DNA of 60,681 bases, the filler included, from Nemertoderma westbladi (taxonomy: Eukaryota; Animalia; Xenacoelomorpha), in NCBI GenBank assembly GCA_032718475.1. It is 3 parts of 3 records of this genome, joined end to end, with 100 filler letters (N's around TTAATTAATTAA, not from the genome) between each part and the next. Parts side by side here need not be neighbours in the genome. Positions count along the whole stretch, not along the records: positions 22,498 to 44,330 come from JAUCBJ010004306.1; 2 more parts are not named here. One strand, written 5' to 3'. Below the pieces are notes generated by a model. It did not search any database. It saw only the letters and a list, made by a program, of their open reading frames with translations, and was not told the origin of the DNA. Shown here one piece after another: positions 22,498 to 34,540 of the stretch. Made by a program: the position numbers and the translations under genes. Every line of letters starts with the position of its first letter. Positions within the stretch are counted from its first letter, which is position 1.

Positions 22498-23474
22498 GTG
22501 AGTCATAGTCTATGCCTCAGTGAGGCATAGTCTATGCCTCAGTGAGTCATAGTCTATGCCTCAGTGCCTCAGTGAGGCATAGTCTATGCCTCAGTGCCTC
22601 AGTGAGGCATAGTCTATGCCTCAGTGAGGCATAGTCTATGCCTCAGTGCCTCAGTGAGGCATAGTCTATGCCTCAGTGAGGCATAGTCTATGCCTCAGTG
22701 AGGCATAGTCTATGCCTCAATGAGTCATAGTCTATGCCTCAGTGCCCCAGTGAGGCATAGTCTATGCCTCAGTGAGGCATAGTCTATGCCTCAGTGCCTC
22801 AGTGAGTCATAGTCTATGCCTCAGTGCCCAGTGAGGCATAGTCTATGCCTCAGTGAGGCATAGTCTATGCCTCAGTGCCTCAGTGAGGCATAGTCTATGC
22901 CTCAGTGAGGCATAGTCTATGCCTCAGTGCCTCAGTGAGGCATAGTCTATGCCTCAGTGCCTCAGTGAGGCATAGTCTATGCCTCAGTGAGGCATAGTCT
23001 ATGCCTCAGTGCCTCAGTGAGTCATAGTCTATGCCTCAGTGAGGCATAGTCTATGCCTCAGTGAGGCATAGTCTATGCCTCAGTGCCTCAGTGAGGCATA
23101 GTCTATGCCTCAGTGAGTCATAGTCTATGCCTCAGTGCCCCAGTGAGGCATAGTCTATGCCTCAGTGAGGCATAGTCTATGCCTCAGTGAGGCATAGTCT
23201 ATGCCTCAGTTCCTCAGTGAGGCATAGTCTATGCCTCAGTGAGTCATAGTCTATGCCTCAGTGAGTCATAGTCTATGCCTCAGTGAGGCATAGTCTATGC
23301 CTCAGTGCCTCAATGAGGCATAGTCTATGCCTCAGTGAGTCATAGTCTATGCCTCAGTGAGGCATAGTCTATGCCTCAGTGAGGCATAGTCTATGCCTCA
23401 GTGCCCCAGTGAGGCATAGTCTATGCCTCAGTGCCTCAGTGAGACATAGTCTATGCCTCAGTGAGGCATAGTCT
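22498..23474. repeat. Palindromic 22/30-bp minisatellite, about 40 units
   Basis: Unit TGAGGCATAG-T-CTATGCCTCA-G is a perfect 10-bp-arm palindrome, with an optional extra 8-mer GCCTCAGT between units. Confidence 0.97.
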
Positions 23475-23540
23475 GTGTCAGGTCTTAAATGAGAGTCTTA
23501 CAAATTCGAACGTCAACGAACAAATTCGATGGTTACTGTT

Positions 23541-23625
23541 CCACTTTGGTGTAGTCGGTTGCGTTGAATTCACATCTCCTGTATGTCATGGGTTCGAACC
23601 CTGCATGAACCAGGGCAGTTTTCGT
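23541..23625 (+). mobile_element. tRNA-derived SINE head, degenerate
   Basis: A-box-like TGGTGTAGTCGG, B-box GGTTCGAACCC; related copy at 39690-39840 on the minus strand. Confidence 0.6.
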
Positions 23626-24384
23626 TCGGTCAGCAATAGGGCCAACGTTGCAAAATGCAGTATTATTGCCTAGTAACCAATTCATGGCTACCGTATGGTT
23701 TTCACTTTGAGACATTTCGCCCTCTAGCGGCAGACTGGGGAACTTCATACTACTCTGTGACTCTGCAAAAGATATAGCCTATGCCGTAGTAGATGCCGAT
23801 TGGGGGGTCAAATTAAGTAATAATATATCTAAATAAGTCTCAAACATCTTGCTTCATGGCTCGCCCCTTAGAACTCTTAAGCAATATAACTTCATAGTTT
23901 TGCGGATTGTAAATAACAAAGCTAGAGAAAATGTTAATTTTAAATAATACGCCCTCTTGCGGCAGACTATGGAACTGCAGACGGTTGGATATAGGTAAGA
24001 GTAATTAGTAATCAGAGCTGTCACGAGAGGGGGGGGCGGGGCGCTTGGATACAACTATTATTAATAAGCTGTTGCTTGGTTAAAGCTAATTGGAGGTCAA
24101 AGGTCAACGATAAAGCTGTCTGGATATAGATAAGAGTAATTAGTTACCAGTAAGGGAGCTGTATACCCTATGGCTAAGGATAACGAGATGAAAGTCAATG
24201 AGGTCATTTAGAAACCAATATATAAAACTAATTATTGGTAAATCTAAAATTAAGTACAAATAAATAATTAATTTAGAATTAAATACGAATAAAATAAAAT
24301 GCAAATAATTAATTAAAATTAGGTACAAATAAATAAGTATTAATAAATAAAAGAGCTGCGGTGTCACTTATGACACCCTCTTGC

Positions 24385-24677
24385 TCCTCTCTGCGATAGT
24401 TAGACAACACTGATGCCCATTGTGTGTCAGGGCGCTAATCAGTCTGATTAATTAGGATAATCAATTAAACCCTAATTAGGAGTCATATGACACCTGTTAG
24501 GGTTTAATTGTACTAATTAATTGATGACACCTGTCAATTAGGGTCTAATTAGCCTAATTGGGAGGTGTCACCCAGACAGTCTGGCGCCAATGACACCCAA
24601 TGACACCCATAGGGTGATAATTGGGTGTCATATGACACCCAATGGGTGTCAGTTGGGTCTAACTGTCGCAGAGAGGA
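24385..24677. mobile_element. MITE with internal TGACACC/GGTGTCA repeats
   Basis: TIR TCCTCTCTGCGA(T/C)AGTTAGAC at both ends; many TGACACC motifs in both orientations. Confidence 0.75.
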
Positions 24678-26532
24678 CCAAGACCCTACTACTCCCACCA
24701 GCTTGACAGGTAATAGTCAAGAGAGAGGCTTCTGTGGTTTGCCCCCGGTGTTTGATTCATATTCACCGATTAAGTTCCTTTTTGATACGCCAACGTTAAG
24801 GGCTTTCGGTCAACACAAACATCCATATATAAATATCCCCAGCAACAGATATTCAACACAAACCTACGACCAACCTGAACCTAACAGTATACAGTACAGT
24901 TTGGGATTACAATATCACGTGTTAGCGTTATAATAGTGCAGGACGATCAATGTGGATCTGTTTATGAGGAGTAACCCGTATAGTGTGAGTTACTAACTGA
25001 ACCAGTCAAGGAATGTCTGACCTAGACGTTCTTTATGTATACAGTAAATAGGGAATACAAAAATGTATATTCCCATAATGCCATCCATATTATATTACTT
25101 CCTATGTACCAATTCAACCGTTGTTATTTCAGCTTCCTTGTTCCAGGAATTCTCTCCTATATTTTACGTATAGGCTAATACAGTGCAGCATGTCCCTCCG
25201 GCATGACGCTGTCAAGCTGACGTTAGCATGTATCGTATTCTATAGTTTTCCCTTCGTATTCCCATAATATGTTCCTAATTAATTATTCCTTGAATTTGAC
25301 TTTCTTTCTATGAGATAAACTATGGAATAGTATTTATTATTTATCTGCATTCATAGAGGATATTCATTACATGTAGGGCTCAGGAGGAGGTAATATAACT
25401 CTATCTACTACGGTATACTTACAGTACACAACCACACCTACACATAATTACCATAGCAACTGGGAAAATGGGAAGCGTATACGGAGCACTGCAGCATTCA
25501 ACAGCCCCTAACCCAAAATACATCACATAAAATGAGAATAGAATTAGAGTACAAAAAAGTTAGGGCCTATCATTTTCTACCACTATGAATCAAACTAATA
25601 ATACTGAATTCATTAAGTGCATATAAAGATACTAGAGAAGTGGATATAAACCGAACGATTTTTTAGAGTTCAGACACCTTCAATTCAACACTCCCCCTTT
25701 AGAGGGCGATATATATAAACATTAAATGTCTTCCCATTTCTTTGATTTTGATCCGTTCAAGCTGAAACTTGGCAGATATGTGCTAGACCATTAACTGTGT
25801 CATTCAAATGAGGTACATCCCGTCTCCAGTTTTCTAGTCTGCCGCTAGAGCAGAGGGCGACAAGTCTCAAAGTGAAATCCTTGACCCATTCCGCTACTGA
25901 TTTATGATCCGTTCAAGCTGAAACTTGTCAGATATGTGCTATTCAACATCTGGTGTGTTTGTGGGGTAGAGAATCGGAATATAGTTCTTCAGGCTGCCGC
26001 TAGATGGCGAAATATACGCAAGTGATAACCTTCCTCAGTTTCTTGATCTTAATCTGTTTAAGCTGAATCTTGAAATATATGTACCAGACCACATGATGAG
26101 TATATTTGATGACGGTGATTCATCTGCAGTTTACCAGTTAAACGCTAGAGGGCGAACTGTCTTAAAGTGAAAACCTTCGATCGTTTCCTTGATTTTAATC
26201 TGTTTATTGTCAATATTGGCTTATATGTAGGCCTACTAAGTATAAAGCTGGCTGATTGTTTGTGGGGAGGTACTCCCCACTCTACAGCTTTCGGCTAAAG
26301 GTCTAAATATTAAAAAGTAAAAAACCTGCCCTCTCATTTCGATATTTGCTATTAGTTCAATCTAAAACGTGGCAATTATACATGCCAGACCATCCATATA
26401 CAGAGCGTGTTTGATGTAACGGTATTCCCTCCCCCAGTTCTCCAGTTTACCGCTAGTGGGCTCAAAAGAAAACCTTCAATCATTTCGTAATATTATTGTT
26501 AATAAATCATGATTGATACCTGGTAGGTATCT

Positions 26533-26894
26533 AGTCTGAGGTCTAGAATGAACCCAGTCTGAGGTCTAGAATAAACCCAGTCTGAGGTCTAGAATAAACC
26601 CAGTCTAAGGTCTAGAATAAACCCAGTCTGAGGTCTAGAATAAACCCAGTCTGAGGTCTAGAATAAACCCAGTCTAAGGTCTAGAATAAACCCAGTCTGA
26701 GGTCTACAATAAACCCAGTCTAAGGTCTAGAATAAACCCAGTCTGAGGTCTAGAATAAACCCAGTCTGAGGTCTAGAATAAACCCAGTCTGAGGTCTAGA
26801 ATAAACCCAGTCTGAGGTCTAGAATAAACCCAGTCTGAGGTCTAGAATAAACCCAGTCTGAGGTCTAGAATAAACCCAGTCTAAGGTCTAGAAT
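26533..26894. repeat. 23-bp minisatellite, about 16 copies
   Basis: ACCCAGTCTGAGGTCTAGAATAA repeated. Confidence 0.97.
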
Positions 26895-27028
26895 ATAATG
26901 TACAGTACCAGGTATCAATCATGATTATAAACAATAATAATACGAAATGACTGAAGGTTTTCATTTCAGACATTTCTAAAATGTCTTTCGACCTCTGCGG
27001 CAAGCTGTAGACGTGTCGGAGTAGTGTC

Positions 27029-27440
27029 CGGTATCCGGACAATTGCGACCCGGACAATTGCGACCCAGGATTTTATTAAATTTGCTGAGTCGAAATTGTA
27101 CGGGTAGCTATCTACATTTAAATTACTGTAACTACATTTTAAAATAGTGACTACATTCGCAATGTGATATTCGGGAATGCTTTATATTAATTTTACTAAT
27201 TGTATTGTAATAGCTACAAATATATATACTATATATACGATATATAATATAACAGCTACATTGAATTACAGTAGCTACATTTGAACAAAAGGGAGCGGTT
27301 GGCCCTACATTTTATTGTTAACATTGTTCATGCATTACTATTTTACTAGCTATTGATATATAATTAATATATTTGAAATCTATACAATGTTGTATAACTA
27401 TTTATTTATGATCGGATCGCAATTGTCCTAATTTCGTACC
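27029..27440. mobile_element. MITE-like insertion in the right foldback arm
   Basis: GGACAATTGCGA (twice at left) vs TCGCAATTGTCC at right; AT-rich interior with GCTACATT repeats. Confidence 0.55.
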
Positions 27441-28383
27441 GTCCCACTCCCACAAACAAGCAGCCAGTATTCTAGTAGGCCTACATATAAGCCAATATTC
27501 ACCTTAAACAGATTAAAATCAAGGAAACGATCGAAGGTGTTCACTTTCAGACAGTTCGCCCTCTAGCGGCACAACTGCATACCGATCCCCGACCCCACAA
27601 ACACACCGGATGTTGAATAGCATATATCTGACATGTTTCCGCTTGAACGGCTCATAAATTGTGTAATGGGTCAAGGATTTAACTTTGAGACGTGTCGCCC
27701 TCTGCTCTAGCGGCAGACTAGAGAACTGGAGACGGGATGTGCCTCATTTGAATGACACAGTTAACCCCTTCCCGGATAGAGCGTACGCGGTACGCTCCCA
27801 TGCTGCGGCCTTCAAAATATTATCATAATCAATATTTTTAAAAGTTGACAAATATTGTTATCTATGGTTAATCGTAATACAATGGACCAACATTCGTTTG
27901 GAATAATGTGCCTAATTATGCAAGTACAGTATATTATTACAGAATTTCGGTTCTAGACATCCAATTTCAGAATCGTCATCTTTCGAACAAATTGTCGTCG
28001 TCATCATCGTCACCCGTAGCAGTATTGGTACATATCATCATCCAGTCATAGCAGCTATCGCCGTCACTATCGGAGATATCTGACTGTCTGAAAGGTCAGG
28101 ATCAAACCCATATACATCCGAACTGGCCGCTTCTCCCTTCTTGGTTACTTGTTTCCAGTGTCATAATAATTTAGGCAATAAAACAAACCCTAACCAAAAC
28201 ACTAAACATAACTACCAACCAGCCGCGTAGCCAGGAATTTCCTACGGTAGGGTCCCAGACCCCAAATTGTAATTCATATTTATAGTAGTTTTGGGAAGAG
28301 CCCCCCCCCCCCCAGCGTAGTCCAGGTGTGATTGTTTGGAATTTTAACAAAATGCCCGCCACACGTGATGTGTAATGTTTAGT

Positions 28384-28730
28384 AGGGTACGCAGCAAACT
28401 TCGCCCGCAGACAATCTTCGCCCACGAGCAACCATCGCCAACTAAACAATTATTATTTTGTTTAGAAAAAGCCGTTTCTGTAACCTGCCCCTTACCTTAA
28501 ATTGGTAACAACATCGTTTATTGTTTTGGTTAGAAGAAGCCGTCTCTGTAACCTGCTCCTTTCCCTTAATTGGTAACTAAAATGGTAACTAACACAAATC
28601 TTATTGGGCGAAGGTTGTTCGCGGTGGAAGATTGCCTTGCGGGCGAAGGTTTTCCCCTTGGTGAAGTGTGGACGCGGGCGAAGATGGGACGCGGGCGAAG
28701 GTTGTACTCGGGCGAAGGTTGCACCCAACC
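28384..28730. mobile_element. MITE with inverted (TTCGCCC)/(GGGCGAAG) subterminal repeats
   Basis: CTTCGCCC repeats at left, GGGCGAAG repeats at right. An internal segment (~28500-28572) recurs inverted at ~39203-39268. Confidence 0.6.
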
Positions 28731-29210
28731 TGTAGCCTGTAGTACAGTAGTCGGTATAATACTCATTCTGAGTAATGCGCACCAGTACATGTTCATTCCC
28801 CCAGTAAACCCACCCCCCCCCCCCCCCCCCCAGTAAATATGAGTAATTTAGAAAATCCGCTATTAAGAATTAATATGATAAAATCATAGTTATAATATAA
28901 AGTAAGTTACTGAAATTACAAACGAAATTGAATTAATAAATAGCGATTCCTAAATTTGTACACTACCCGGTTAAAAAGTACGCATGTGATGGGATTAGTC
29001 CTACAATTGCGCCAATAAAAGATAAGTTATTTTCGGTAAAATAAACTTATCATTCGAGGTTAAGACCCCTAGACCCCTTCTTATAATAAAATGTATAATA
29101 ACAAACACCTCGAAAAATACAGGTTGCCAACACATTGTTACTATCAATAATCAAAAATCAGGGGCTAATAAAATGGCAGCTGTCTTTGAAATTAATACTC
29201 CATATCTCAA

Positions 29211-29273
29211 GAACCTGTGGCCTAGTGGTTTTAGTCTCGGCTTCCGCCTCAAGGTCCCAGGTTCGAATCCGAC
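29211..29273 (+). promoter_or_regulatory. tRNA-like internal Pol III promoter (copy 1; copy 2 at 29623-29685)
   Basis: A box TGGCCTAGTGG 29218-29228 and B box GGTTCGAATCC 29260-29270 at tRNA-like spacing. No acceptor stem, so not a functional tRNA. Confidence 0.8.
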
Positions 29274-29316
29274 ACCACGCTGATGAGACCCAGTAAGGTC
29301 GAAACGCGTACGTGGT
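29274..29316 (+). ncRNA. Minimal type I hammerhead ribozyme, copy 1
   Basis: Stem I ACCACG/CGTGGT; core CTGATGA; stem II GACC-cagtaa-GGTC; GAAA; palindromic ACGCGT stem III; GUA triplet, predicted cut after 29310. Confidence 0.9.
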
Positions 29317-29685
29317 TTGGAGAGATATGAGATATTAATTTCAAGAAAAATTACGCGATTCCTAAATTTGTACACTACCCGGTTAAAAAGTACGCATGTG
29401 ATGGGATTAGTCCTACAATTGCGCCAATAAAAGATAAGTTATTTTCGGTAAAATAAACTTATCATTCGAGGTTAAGACCCCTAGACCCCTTCTTATAATA
29501 AAATGTATAATAACAAACACCTCGAAAAATACAGCTTGCCAACACATTGTTACTATCAATAATCAAAAATCAGGGGCTAATAAAATGGCAGCTGTCTTTG
29601 AAATTAATACTCCATATCTCAAGAACCTGTGGCCTAGTGGTTTTAGTCTCGGCTTCCGCCTCAAGGTCCCAGGTTCGAATCCGAC

Positions 29686-29728
29686 ACCACGCTGATGAGA
29701 CCCAGTAAGGTCGAAACGCGTACGTGGT
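29686..29728 (+). ncRNA. Minimal type I hammerhead ribozyme, copy 2
   Basis: Identical to copy 1; predicted cut after 29722. Confidence 0.9.
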
Positions 29729-30304
29729 TTGGAGAGATATGAGATATTAATTTCAAGAAAAATTACGCGATTCCTAAATTTGTACACTACCCGGTTAAAA
29801 ACTTAGTTAGTTGTTTGTAGCACCACGCAGCTAGTAAACGCCATGGTCCACCATACCAGGTGATACGGGGCAAGTTGTAATCCACCAGAAGTTAGGGCTT
29901 GGTTATACAGTTGGTACAAAGTACTTTCAGTTTCTCAGTACCGGTATATATAACTCAATAAACTGATAAATCTGTGTTTGGGTATTGTTTGAGTCAGGTC
30001 AGATCTAATATTTTGATGATAAAATCGCCACAACGGAGTTTATACTTGCCAATATCAGAATAATATGCTGATATGTAGGAAACAATCGTAGCATAACGTA
30101 GGTTATTGTTGCCGCAAATGGCAGAATGGAGGAATCAATAAATAATCATATAGGCCTATAAGGTATTAGTTCGTTTGAACGACACTAGCCAAACAATCAT
30201 GAAATCAGATAGAAACTGATAAAAATTGTTACCGGTACCGGTATAGCAGTATTGTTAGGCCTACTGCTGTACTTTTTCTTACTGGTCTACTGTTAGTATA
30301 CTGT

Positions 30305-33300
30305 CATGGCCTACTATATATACGGCCTAACAAGCTACTGCGGCCTCTTAAAAAAGAGAGGCCATTCATTTCAACAGTACAGTACAGTACAGCAGTTGCC
30401 TATTGAGGTGGCAGTCTGTCTGTACTGCAGTTTGCAGTTGGCTTACACTATCTGTTCGTACATAACACAGTCTGAGTCGTCTGACAGTACAGTCGTGATA
30501 CTGTGGTAGGTATACCTGTATACAGGTATGGTATATAGATAGCTGGGTAGATTGTTACTGTGTTATAGGCCTACTACTGTAGCTGCTACGCTACAGTACT
30601 ATGCCTTGTCGGACTGCCGGGCCGGATGCATATGCTTAATGCTGAACTACTGTATGAACTAGTATCGTTCAGTCGTTACTGTACGCGTACGGCAACCGTA
30701 ATGTACCCATAAACCTTTTGAGTGTGTTCTAAATGCTGAACTGGGCCTATCTGCCTATAGGTAAGACTGTCAACTGTATTGTATCAGTTATACTGTTATA
30801 TATCAGATATCAGGATATGGTGAATAAATGTTGCGTCGTTAATTGCAAGAGTGGATATAGTGGGCATACCGACAAAACGAAATTCAAGTTCCCTGCAGAA
30901 AAAGAAACCTGAACTTCGGAAGACCTGGGTTCGGTTTATAAATCGTAAGGATTTTGAACCATCTGAATATTCGAGAGTCTGTATAGACCACTTTGAGGAA
31001 CGTTATTTAAAGACTACGGAAGCTGGCCATGTCACGCTCCGCTGGGATCTTCCAATTCCGACCATCGCTGCCCAGGGTACACCTAAATCAGCTATTCCCG
31101 AACCTAGGAGTATACGACGGGAACCAACTCAGCGCATTTATCAGAATGATGAAATGGAGGAATTTCGCAAACTGGATACAATTTCCTGATCACAGAGATT
31201 TCAGCTAAACATTGCCCTAGCGGTTGGTTGTTTCGTAAAACCGAAGAAGATGTTTTATTTTATCACCTTTCACTAGAGGAAAGAATGCCGAGATTGAAGG
31301 GAGCAATCAGGATAGACAAGAATATGCATGTTTTATTGGAGTTAATGCAGCGCCCAGTGCCTCTACCAAAGTGGTTCACATCCAATCACTGCATAGTAAA
31401 AAGCGCGTCACAAATATATGGTTTTGTTACTTATCTTAAGAATCTAGAGAACTGTGATTCATTGATTTTCGAGGAGTTGCTTCATTATCAGCCTATCCGA
31501 AACAGTCGAGGCCCCCGTACTCGCAATCAGTTATTCGGTACGCATTGATGTTACGATATACGTCACTTCAAGCCTATAGACTACTGCAGAGAGAAAGACA
31601 ACTACCATCATTAAGTTTGTTGGCAAAGCTTCAGGTTGGTGGAATTGATTCAGTCAAAGCATTGAAAGTATTGGTGGATAAGAACGGTGATAGGGACATT
31701 ATACTTACGATTGACGAAATGAAGTTGCAACCTGAGGCTAGTTACAATCATGGCGATTTCGTTGGTGTTAATGACGAATTTGGTGTTAATGATGAATGTT
31801 AATGACGGTTAATGACTTATACCGGTACACTGGGATTTTATGTTTCATGGTTGTGAGTCTAAAGAGGGGCATACAGTATGTTGTTCGTGGTGTCCCAGTA
31901 GTTAATTTAATAGCTTCTTCTCTCTTAAAGGAAACTTTATCTGTGATGAATATTTATCTTTTATATGATCCAGTTCACATCATTAAAAATATTCGCAATA
32001 GTTTATTGAATGGAAAGATATTTAAATTTCCAGAATTCACATTTACTGGGTTCAAAGATAGAGTTCACCTACCTGCAGGTGAGTGTAGGTGGAAAGACCT
32101 ATTAGACTTGTATGATGTTGATCAACATGATGCTTATCTCCGGATGGCACATAGTCTAACATATCAGGTTATTCATCCCGGTAATAATAAACAGTCTGTT
32201 TCACTGGCCTTGGGAATCTTCGACGAAAAGACAACGGCGGCAATGGCAAGATATTTCCCCAATCGAAAAGGGGCTACTGAATTTTTGCGACTCATTCATA
32301 AGTGGTGGGTGATTAATAATTCGAACCAGCGATATCACCCAAATAATATATTGGGGAACGCCGCTATAATGGGCGACCTCAAACCGCAGTTTCTCCGTGA
32401 TTTGGCTGCATGGATCGATAAATGGCGATTACAATGTGTAAAGTGGAAGGGTTGTGGGTTGACACCTCAAACCAGTAAAGCATTCGCACAATCTTGCCGG
32501 AGCGTTGCCGACTTCACTGATGACCTCCTAAATGATGGATATGATTATGTTCTACTTCGAAGAAACAATCAAGACCCAGTCGAGTTAAGGTTCTCCAAAT
32601 ATCGGCAAATGAGTGGTGGACGATTTCTCGTCTCACTCAGGGAAGTGAAGACTTCCGAACGTATTATTTCACTGTTGACATTATTAGAGGAAGGTATAGA
32701 TCCCATCAACCAAATTCTCCAGGCGGAACCCATTGACTGGTCTCCTTTAATTGTGAAATTTAATGAGTATAGAGATACTATTAACCTCAGCTGAGCTTTC
32801 TAAGGAAAGTATGGAGGTAGTTCAGTATATTGCAGGATTCATTATTCGTAAACTGGAACATAAGAAAGGTGGAAAACTCATTGGTAGCTGTAAGGATTGT
32901 ACAAATATCCAGTCTGTAATTGATAAAAATACATCAGATTGTAGTGGTTATTTCGAGGCTATTAATCGAGGCGGATTAAAGAAACCATCTACTGAGTTTT
33001 TAGAATCAATGGCGTCGTGTTTTGCAAGATTGGAAGTAATAGATTCAGTAATAAAAGATTGCGCTGTCCCCGTCCGTGCAGCTGCAATGCGCTTCTTAGA
33101 TATATATGGCATATTGACTATGCTATCTTTATGTTCTAAACATAAACAATTATCGAGGTTGATTCACCGCACTATTATAAACGTGTACTTTAATAATGCT
33201 CAGAGATATTTTACAAGCATACGGCGTGAGCAAAGTGTAGCCCGATTTAAACAGCGGCAGAGGCAAAAAAATGTGTGATAATTTTAGATTGTGCTGAACT

Positions 33301-33831
33301 GTGTAATGTGCTATAATAATTATTATTGACCAAATAAATAATTAACACGTAATACAAGTAATAATTAGCAACATTTATTTATTTTAACCGGTATTTCAAA
33401 TTCAAAAATACCCACACATAAAACGAATCTCTATACATACACCGACTTATAAGAGTTTGAAAAAATCACGTAATAGCCATCAAGCGGTGGTCCATGGAAC
33501 TGGTGTGTCCATATTTATGTCTGTCTTTACAGGTGTTGTCCTATTCTACTTAAACTCCATATTTTTCACGACAAGGCTTAACACTAATATGTAGTGCTTT
33601 TATGCTAAGATTGCTGTCTTTGTGGCTCGCTCCACAATCGCTGATACTCATAACAGTACTTGTATGCTCAGATTGCTACCTGCATGGCTCGCACCACATC
33701 GCGGGATATGAATAATATTGTTACTGTATTCAAATAAGGACAATAATTAATAATGCTGCGGATGTAAATAATGGCCTCTTTTTTTTAAGAGGCCGCAGTA
33801 GCTTGTTAGGCCGTATATATAGTAGGCCATG
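30305..33831 (+). mobile_element. P-element superfamily transposon (THAP transposase), both ends present
   Basis: ~62-bp TIR CATGGCCTACTATATATACGGCCTAACAAGCTACTGCGGCCTCTT...; 7-bp TSD ATACTGT at 30298-30304 and 33832-33838. Confidence 0.92.
30817..33278 (+). pseudogene. THAP-domain P-element/THAP9-like transposase pseudogene
   Basis: MVNKCCVVNC..F.FP..W..FINR..VCIDHF..P (THAP C2CH); IDEMK, YDPVHIIKNIRN and QDPVELRFS.YRQ.SGG catalytic motifs; YIAGF and RGGLKKPS C-terminus. Broken by several frameshifts and stops. Confidence 0.9.
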
Positions 33832-33851
33832 ATACTGTACTCGTGTACTAT

Positions 33852-34540
33852 CATGGCTGAATTAAATTTCATTGAGATTGGGAAACTTATCGAGACTGAG
33901 GAGCGCGCTATTAAGTTTGCACAAAGCGTGGAACTTCTCCCCCGAACTCTACCTCAAAATTTGCATCGTGATGCAGACACCCTCTGCCCTATTTTGGAGA
34001 AGCATGTCGCCGGTGGAACCAAGATACAGTGTACAGTCCGACGAATGGCCCGCGTATTGCGGTGTGAATGTTGGCATAACAAACGCCACCAACCCTTTGG
34101 TCTGTTACCAATGGAACAGGGACCTACATACACGAAACCGTCAAAATTTGCATCGTGATGCAGACACCCTCTGCCCTATTTTGGAGAAGCATGTCGCCGG
34201 TGGAACCAAGATACAGTCCGACGAATGGCCTGCGTATTGCGGTGTGAATGTTGGCATAACAAACGCCACCAACCCTTTGGTCTGTTACCAATGGAACAGG
34301 GACCTACATACACGAAACCGTCAACCATTCGGTAGAGTGGGTGAGTGCGACTGGCACTCACACTCTTAACGTATAGAGTCGATGTGGGGCCACTTAAAGA
34401 CGTCAGTCATCCGCAATAAGAAATGCACAACACCGCAACTTATTGCTGGCCACCTGGTAGAATTTCGGTGGAGACTTTTAAATCGCGACCGACCTTTCTC
34501 AAATCTCCTTGCACTTTTCAAACATTACTACCCTTGCTGA
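33852..34540 (+). pseudogene. ISXO2/Merlin-like transposase relic with internal ~185-bp duplication
   Basis: RDADTLCPILEKHVAGGTKIQSDEWPAY (twice), then IESMWGHLK..HLVEFRWR. Confidence 0.75.

Larger units (their letters stand above)
25690..27764. mobile_element. Foldback-like element: long modular inverted arms around a central minisatellite
   Basis: 25791-25967 is the reverse complement of ~27592-27764, ~26143-26280 of ~27447-27568, and ~26468-26525 of ~26906-26962. Arms are built of diverged ~150-bp modules. Confidence 0.8.
28943..29801 (+). repeat. 412-bp tandem repeat (2 units + 35 bp), candidate retrozyme array
   Basis: Units start at 28943, 29355 and 29767; only one difference noticed (AGGTTGCC/AGCTTGCC). 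Each full unit carries a tRNA-like head and a hammerhead. Confidence 0.93.

Noticed and set aside
29211-29280. Functional tRNA gene
   Set aside because: A and B boxes are present, but no acceptor or anticodon stem can be formed and the 3' part is replaced by the hammerhead.
29151-29787. Duplicated 74-aa minus-strand ORFs
   Set aside because: Incidental antisense frames of the 412-bp unit with a non-ATG start.
18407-29801. Functional link between the RNA 5'-phosphatase and the Pol III-hammerhead element
   Set aside because: Thematically tempting, but they are 9 kb apart across an assembly gap and eukaryotic neighbourhood implies no shared function.
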